From Chloroflexota bacterium (lineage in GTDB: Bacteria; Chloroflexota; Dehalococcoidia; UBA2979), in the NCBI GenBank assembly GCA_947499615.1, contig CANMOP010000004.1, forward strand, positions 38,501-102,500: a DNA stretch of 64,000 nucleotides, written 5' to 3'. The translations under genes and the position numbers were made by a program. The stretch's first letter is position 1; every line of letters begins with the position of its first letter. The notes below the pieces were generated by a model, which saw only the letters and a list, made by a program, of their open reading frames with translations, made no database searches and was not told the DNA's origin. Shown one piece after another: positions 57,842 through 64,000 of the stretch.

Positions 57842-58363
57842 TTACGCCGGAGGGGCCTCATCCGGTGTGTACTCAAGAACAACCGCGCCCTGCTCCACGC
57901 GGCCGCCCTGCTCACAGCGGATGCTGGTGACGGTACCGGCGTGCGCAGACTGGATCTCGTTCTGCATCTTCATCGCCTCGATGACCAGCAGCGTCTGGCC
58001 AGCCTCGATGTGGGCGCCGACGGCGACGCGCAGTTCCGTCACCACGCCTGCCAGCGGCGCGGTGACCTCGCCGGCACGATCCTTGGCGCCCAGGGCACCC
58101 CGCTGCCGTCCTGCCGGCGCCGGCGCGATCTGGAAGCGCCGCCCGCCGACCACCACCTCGTGACCCGCACCACGGCGAGCGACGTAGGCGGTCTCCGGGT
58201 GACCGTCGATGAGCATCGAGAATGTACCGGGCATCCCGGTGGTAGCGAGATCGACCTCGAAGGCCGGCTCGTCATCGATCGCCACAGTGAGCCGCCCGCC
58301 GATCGTGTCGACCACGATCGTGCGTTCGCGCCCGTTGACTAGGAAGCGGTGCCGCGTCGCCAT
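57842..58363 (-). CDS. Biotin carboxyl carrier protein (with N-terminal extension)
   Basis: APLAG.V and IEAMKMQNEI biotinylation motif. Confidence 0.92.
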   Translation of the reverse strand: MATRHRFLVNGRERTIVVDTIGGRLTVAIDDEPAFEVDLATTGMPGTFSMLIDGHPETAYVARRGAGHEVVVGGRRFQIAPAPAGRQRGALGAKDRAGEVTAPLAGVVTELRVAVGAHIEAGQTLLVIEAMKMQNEIQSAHAGTVTSIRCEQGGRVEQGAVVLEYTPDEAPPA

Positions 58364-59892
58364 CCGCTGCCCCCTCCCGCTGAAGACCGCAATTGCATCG
58401 CACGTGCCCGTCCCTGTGCCGCCCAGGTGCTCCCGGAGACACCAGCCGACGGTGTACCCGAGGCCTGCTTCGCGCCGCCCATCCCAGCAGCCAGAGCGGC
58501 GGCAATGAGAGCCACGCGCTCCCGCGGGTCGTCCTCCTGCAGTTCCGGCATGGTGAACGAAGCTTCCAGCCACCCGGTGTGAATCGCGCCGGACATGAAG
58601 TCGGCGTTCTCAAACAGCGCGAGGTGGAACGGGATGTTGGTATCGATACCGACGATCAGCAGGTCGCGCAGGGCACGCCGCATGCGCCGGATTGCCAGGT
58701 CGCGATCCTCCGCCCACACGATGAGCTTGCCGAGCAGCGAGTCGTAGAAGATCGGCACGTCGAGCCCATCGAAGAGCATCGTGTCGAAGCGCGTGCCGGG
58801 GCCCAGCGGCGGCTGCATGTGCTCCACCAGCCCCAGGCTCGGCATGAAGTTGCGGTAGGGGTCCTCGCCGTTGATGCGGCACTCAATCGCCCAGCCTCGA
58901 GGCTCAATCGGGCCCGGGTACGGCGGTAGTGGCTCACCAGCGGCAACCATCAGTTGCTGCTTCACCAGGTCAACGCTGTAGACCAGCTCGGTGACCGGGT
59001 GCTCCACCTGCAGGCGAGCGTTGACTTCCAGAAAGTAGAACTCCCCGTTCGCGTCCAGCAGGAACTCCACCGTGCCTGCGTTCTGGTAGCCGCAGGAGCG
59101 CACCGCGGCGATAGCCGCATCGCACATGCGCTTGCGCAACTCCGGTGAGACGGCGACCGACGGCGACTCCTCCACCAACTTCTGGTGGCGTCGCTGCACG
59201 GAGCACTCGCGTTCGCCGTAGGCGCGCACGGTGCCGTGCGTGTCCGCCATGATCTGCACTTCGACGTGGCGGGCGTTAGTCACGTACCGCTCGAGGAAGA
59301 TGGTGGCGTCACCGAACGACGCGCCAGCCTCGGCGCCCGAGGCCCGCATGGCGCCCTCGAGGTCCTCCAGCCGCTCCACGAGTCGAATGCCGCGCCCACC
59401 GCCGCCGGCAGCGGCCTTCACCAGCAATGGGAAGCCGATGCGCTGCGCTTCCGTGCGAGCACGCTCCACGTCGTTGACATCGATGTCGTTCGCGCCGGGA
59501 ACCACCGGCACGCCGGCGTCCTCCATCAGTTTGCGCGCGGACACCTTGTCGCCCAGCGCGCGCATGGCCGCGCCGGGCGGGCCGATGAACGCGATCCCGG
59601 CTTCCACGCACGCATCAGCGAAGCGGGAGTTCTCCGACAAGAAACCATAGCCGGGATGAATGGCCTGGGCCCCGGTGTCCTTCGCCGCCTGGATGATCTT
59701 CTCGATCACCAGATACGACTCCGCAGCAGGGCCGGCACCAATGCAGACTGCAGCGTCCGCATTACGTACGTGCAGCGCGTTGCGATCGGCCTCTGAATAG
59801 ACCGCAACCGTCTCAATACCCAGTTCGCGACAAGTGCGCTGGACACGCAGCGCGATCTCGCCTCGGTTCGCAAGCAGAATACGGGTGAACAA
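58339..59892 (-). CDS. accC: Biotin carboxylase subunit of an acyl-CoA carboxylase
   Basis: ANRGEIA, HPGYGFLSEN, KA.AGGGGRG, ECSVQRRHQK and EVNARLQVEH motifs; TTG start. Confidence 0.94.
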   Translation of the reverse strand: MFTRILLANRGEIALRVQRTCRELGIETVAVYSEADRNALHVRNADAAVCIGAGPAAESYLVIEKIIQAAKDTGAQAIHPGYGFLSENSRFADACVEAGIAFIGPPGAAMRALGDKVSARKLMEDAGVPVVPGANDIDVNDVERARTEAQRIGFPLLVKAAAGGGGRGIRLVERLEDLEGAMRASGAEAGASFGDATIFLERYVTNARHVEVQIMADTHGTVRAYGERECSVQRRHQKLVEESPSVAVSPELRKRMCDAAIAAVRSCGYQNAGTVEFLLDANGEFYFLEVNARLQVEHPVTELVYSVDLVKQQLMVAAGEPLPPYPGPIEPRGWAIECRINGEDPYRNFMPSLGLVEHMQPPLGPGTRFDTMLFDGLDVPIFYDSLLGKLIVWAEDRDLAIRRMRRALRDLLIVGIDTNIPFHLALFENADFMSGAIHTGWLEASFTMPELQEDDPRERVALIAAALAAGMGGAKQASGTPSAGVSGSTWAAQGRARAMQLRSSAGGGSGWRRGTAS

Positions 59893-60008
59893 GTTCTCGC
59901 TCCCGCCGTCGCAGATGCTTCGCGGTAGCCTCGCACGTCCCCTGCGGTGCGGCAACCACGGGCCGAATGCTGCTGATCCCAGCGGGCCATCGTGGTAGCG
60001 TCGAACGT

Positions 60009-60605
60009 ATGAAACACACGAGGCGGTGGGTCGCGATTCTTGGGTGCGCACTGGTCGTCGCGGCGCTGGCAGTAGGGTGCTCCGGCAGCTCGATCGGCCC
60101 GCAAGCAACGGGCTCACGCACGCCAATCCCACGCGTGGACATCACGCCCACCCCGTCCGCCACCCCCGGGCCGCTGCCGATGCCGACGACGCCGCCCGCC
60201 TCCGCCGCCGTCCCACCCAGTGGCGATGACCGCTCCTGCGCGGCCTCTCACCCTTGGGGCAGACCGGTGACCAGCGGCTTCGTTTGCGTGGATGGCCCGC
60301 CGGAGGTGGGCGACGGCCTGAATGGGCGTCGGGTCAACGTGCGAGGCTTCGCAGGCGGTGCGCCGAACGATCAATTGTTTGTTGAGTGGCAGGTGCGGTC
60401 TTCGGAAGGGCGACTCTCACCGGAGGCCCCGGCGCGCACGCTGTGGTCATTCAGCGCCCCGGCGCCTGGTCAGCCGGGCGGCTGGGTCATGTCCATCGAC
60501 CAGGCCAGCAATGTGGCGGGATCCACCCTGGTATTTACCGCGGTGATGCAGTCCGCCGACGATGTTCGCATCGCCGAGTCGAAGCTCGAGGTTCCGATCC
60601 GATAG
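60009..60605 (+). CDS. Hypothetical lipoprotein
   Basis: MKHTRRW + hydrophobic stretch + LAVGC lipobox, Pro/Thr linker and beta-rich C-terminus. Confidence 0.7.
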   Translation: MKHTRRWVAILGCALVVAALAVGCSGSSIGPQATGSRTPIPRVDITPTPSATPGPLPMPTTPPASAAVPPSGDDRSCAASHPWGRPVTSGFVCVDGPPEVGDGLNGRRVNVRGFAGGAPNDQLFVEWQVRSSEGRLSPEAPARTLWSFSAPAPGQPGGWVMSIDQASNVAGSTLVFTAVMQSADDVRIAESKLEVPIR

Positions 60606-60652
60606 GCCAGTCGTCCGGCAGGCTGATGACAACCCGCCGGACGCGCCCTCTG

Positions 60653-62419
60653 CTACCATTCGGACGATTGAGCCGCCCGCGCGTCGCGCTCCTCGGCGAG
60701 CCGCGCTGCCACCTCGTCCAGGCCGCGAGCGCCCAGGTCGCCGCCACCGCGGGTGCGCACGGAGACTTCCCGCTGCTCGGCCTCCCGGTCACCGACCACG
60801 AACATGTACGGCACCTTCTGCAGTTGCGCCTGCCGAATCTTGGCACCCATGCGCGCCGGCCCGTCGTCCACCTCGGCGCGCAATCGACGAGTGCGCAACG
60901 ACGCGGCTACCTCGCGTGCGTACTCCACGTGCCGATCCGCGATCGGGATCACGACGGCCTGAACGGGCGCGAGCCACAGCGGGAACCGTCCCTCGGTGTG
61001 CTCCAGATACACCCCGAGGAACCGCTCCAACGAGCCAAGGATGGCTCGATGCAACATGGCTGGCTGGTGCTCTTGCCCGTCGTCACCGATGTAGGTGAGC
61101 GCGAAGCTCTCCGGCATCTTCATGTCCAACTGCACGGTGCCCACTTGCCATGATCGGCCCAGGGCGTCGCGGAAGTGGAACTCCACCTTCGGGCCGTAGA
61201 ACGCGCCCTCGCCGGGGAGCAGCCCACACTCCCAGCCGGCGGCCCGTACCGCCTCCTCCAGCCGACGCTCACCGAGCGCCCAGTCTTCGACGGTTCCGAC
61301 GTATCGCTCCGGCCGCCCGGCAACGAACACCTCGACACCCTCGATGCCCAGCGCGGTGTACACGCGCATCGTCATCTCGAAGAACTTCGCCAGCTCCGAC
61401 TCCACCTGGTCGGGTGCGCAGTAGATGTGCGAGTCGTCCTGCGCGAAGGAGCGCACGCGAGTCATGCCGTGCAGCACGCCGGACCGCTCGTTGCGATGCA
61501 ACCGCGAGAACTCCGCGAAACGCAGCGGCAGATCGCGATAGGAGCGCAGCGCCGAGCGGAAGAAGAAGCAATGTCCGGGGCAGTTCATCGGCTTCACCGC
61601 CAACTCGCGGTCGTCAGCCTCGAACATGAACATGTCGTCGCGGAAGTTCTGGTAATGCCCGGACGTCTTGAACAACTCGGCATCGAAGATCTGCGGGGTG
61701 ATGACTTCCTGGTAGCCGTATTCCAGGTACAGGTCGCGGATGTAGTCCGTGAGGCCGTTGTAGAGCACGGTGCCCTTCGGGTGATAGAAGGGGGAGCCGG
61801 GTGCGATCGGGTCCAGGTGGAAGAGATCCAACTCGCGGCCCAGTCGACGATGGTCGCGCCGCTCGGCCTCTTCGCGCTGCAGCAGGTAGGCGTCCAGCTC
61901 CGCCTGCGTGGGATAGAGCGCGCCGTAGATGCGCTGCAACATCGGCCGATGCTCATCGCCACGCCAATAGGCGCCAGCGACGTGCGTCAGCGTGAAGGCC
62001 CCGATCTGGCCGGTGCTCTCGGTGTGTCCACCTCGGCAGAGGTCGTGGAACTCGCCATGCTCGAAGTAGCCGACAGTCTCGTCGGTGATGTCCGCGATCA
62101 GCTCCAGCTTGTATGGCTGGTCCGCGAAGATGCGGCGCGCCTCGTCCTTCGAAATCTGCGCGCCGCGGATCGCGAGATCGCGAGCCACGGACACGTGCAT
62201 GCGCGCTTCCAGTGTCACCAGATCGTCCGGGTTGAGGGGGCGAGGGAGGTCGAAGTCGTAGTAGAACCCATGCGCGATCGGCGGGCCGATCGCGTATTTC
62301 CCGTCCGGGAACATCTCCAGCACGGCCTCCGCCAGCACGTGAGCCGCAGAGTGGCGCATGCGGAACAGCCGCTCCTCCGGGGGAAGCGCGTCGAAAGACT
62401 GATCGTGTCCGTCCACCAT
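60653..62419 (-). CDS. thrS: Threonine-tRNA ligase (lacks the N-terminal TGS domain)
   Basis: RHSAAH, DLCRGGH, RDHR.LG, KPMNCPGH, RVRSF.QDD and HRAILGSLERF motifs. Confidence 0.97.
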   Translation of the reverse strand: MVDGHDQSFDALPPEERLFRMRHSAAHVLAEAVLEMFPDGKYAIGPPIAHGFYYDFDLPRPLNPDDLVTLEARMHVSVARDLAIRGAQISKDEARRIFADQPYKLELIADITDETVGYFEHGEFHDLCRGGHTESTGQIGAFTLTHVAGAYWRGDEHRPMLQRIYGALYPTQAELDAYLLQREEAERRDHRRLGRELDLFHLDPIAPGSPFYHPKGTVLYNGLTDYIRDLYLEYGYQEVITPQIFDAELFKTSGHYQNFRDDMFMFEADDRELAVKPMNCPGHCFFFRSALRSYRDLPLRFAEFSRLHRNERSGVLHGMTRVRSFAQDDSHIYCAPDQVESELAKFFEMTMRVYTALGIEGVEVFVAGRPERYVGTVEDWALGERRLEEAVRAAGWECGLLPGEGAFYGPKVEFHFRDALGRSWQVGTVQLDMKMPESFALTYIGDDGQEHQPAMLHRAILGSLERFLGVYLEHTEGRFPLWLAPVQAVVIPIADRHVEYAREVAASLRTRRLRAEVDDGPARMGAKIRQAQLQKVPYMFVVGDREAEQREVSVRTRGGGDLGARGLDEVAARLAEERDARAAQSSEW

Positions 62420-62575
62420 GAAATGCTCCTGTCCGACTCGCCGTACGCGGGCGTGGACGGCTGGGACCGCCGACACGACGACAGTAGCGCGGGCGGCTGG
62501 CGTGGGGAACAGGCAGCGCATCAGACGACGCGACGGGCCGAGGAGATCAGGGCGATTCGGAAGGAGAGGGGCCGG

Positions 62576-62652
62576 TGGTGGGCGATACTGGATTCGAACC
62601 AGTGACCTCTGCGATGTCAACGCAGCGCTCTAACCAACTGAGCTAACCGCCC
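62576..62652 (-). tRNA. tRNA-Val(GAC)
   Basis: GGGCGGTTAGCTCAG...CTGCG-TT-GAC-AT-CGCAG...GGTTCGAATCC...CGCCC-ACCA. Confidence 0.97.
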
Positions 62653-62744
62653 CTGCCGGAACGGAGCGTATCGCCGTGTGCAAGGCACAGTCAACGCGCC
62701 GTGGCGGTTCTCACTGTGCACGTAAACAGTTGGTATTGGATTCG

Positions 62745-62773
62745 TTGACACGCATTAGGGTGCCTGATAACGT
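62745..62773 (+). promoter_or_regulatory. Sigma70-type promoter for tRNA-Lys/tRNA-Leu
   Basis: TTGACA-17 nt-TAACGT. Confidence 0.65.
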
Positions 62774-62831
62774 CCGGCCTCACGGAGTCGACCTCCAACA
62801 GGTGGAAGGAATCTGGGTATCCGTTTTCTGT

Positions 62832-62906
62832 GGGCCTCTAGCTCAATGGTAGAGCAGCTGACTCTTAATCAGCCGGTTCAGGGTTCGAGCCCCTGGGGGC
62901 TCACCA
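62832..62906 (+). tRNA. tRNA-Lys(CTT)
   Basis: GGGCCTCTAGCTCAATGGTAGAGC-AGCTGA-CT-CTT-AA-TCAGC...GGTTCGAGCCC...ACCA. Confidence 0.97.
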
Positions 62907-62984
62907 CACAGACGCCGACCGTACCCAAGAAATTCCACCCGGGCCGAGGAGTCTACCGCCGACCAGCAGGGTTTCGTCCGCCGG

Positions 62985-63069
62985 GGGGAAGTGTCGGAAC
63001 TGGCAGACGAGCATGATTTAGGATCATGTGCCGCAAGGCGTGGGAGTTCGAGTCTCCTCTTCCCCACCA
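62985..63069 (+). tRNA. tRNA-Leu(TAG)
   Basis: GGGGAAG...CATGA-TT-TAG-GA-TCATG, long variable arm, CTTCCCC-ACCA. Confidence 0.96.
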
Positions 63070-63136
63070 GGGCTGAGGACAATCTCATCCGGAGAGCGGG
63101 CATCCACCAACGCGGGCAGGCTGAAGGAGGGGCAAT

Positions 63137-64000
<864 letters not shown>

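Overview
High-GC bacterial chromosome segment. Gene content and sequence style point to Chloroflexota, probably Dehalococcoidia-like (inference). It is mostly housekeeping: recO, metG, guaB3, prmC/prfA, hisS, relA/spoT, comM, purN, xseAB, efp, aroQ, xerC-topA-dprA, glmU, alaS-ruvX-mltG-aroE-aroC-aroKB, moeA/mobB, pheST, infC-rpmI-rplT, a biotin carboxylase/carrier pair, thrS, four tRNAs (Arg-CCG, Val-GAC, Lys-CTT, Leu-TAG) and a truncated oligopeptide ABC ATPase at the right edge. I see no CRISPR array, prophage, transposase or clearly new multi-gene system. The most interesting signals are small-scale. They are: an attenuator/riboswitch-like leader before guaB3; an unassigned three-way-junction RNA candidate before tRNA-Arg; an EF-P whose tip loop lacks the PGKG motif; widespread leaderless-type gene starts; a low-GC PIN-domain gene next to a tRNA-3'-end-like fragment; a tRNA-Sec-like 3' fragment; a domain-permuted secreted protease with an apparent frameshift in its signal peptide; and a strongly T-biased synonymous patch in moeA. 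All product calls come from motif recognition by eye, not from database searches.
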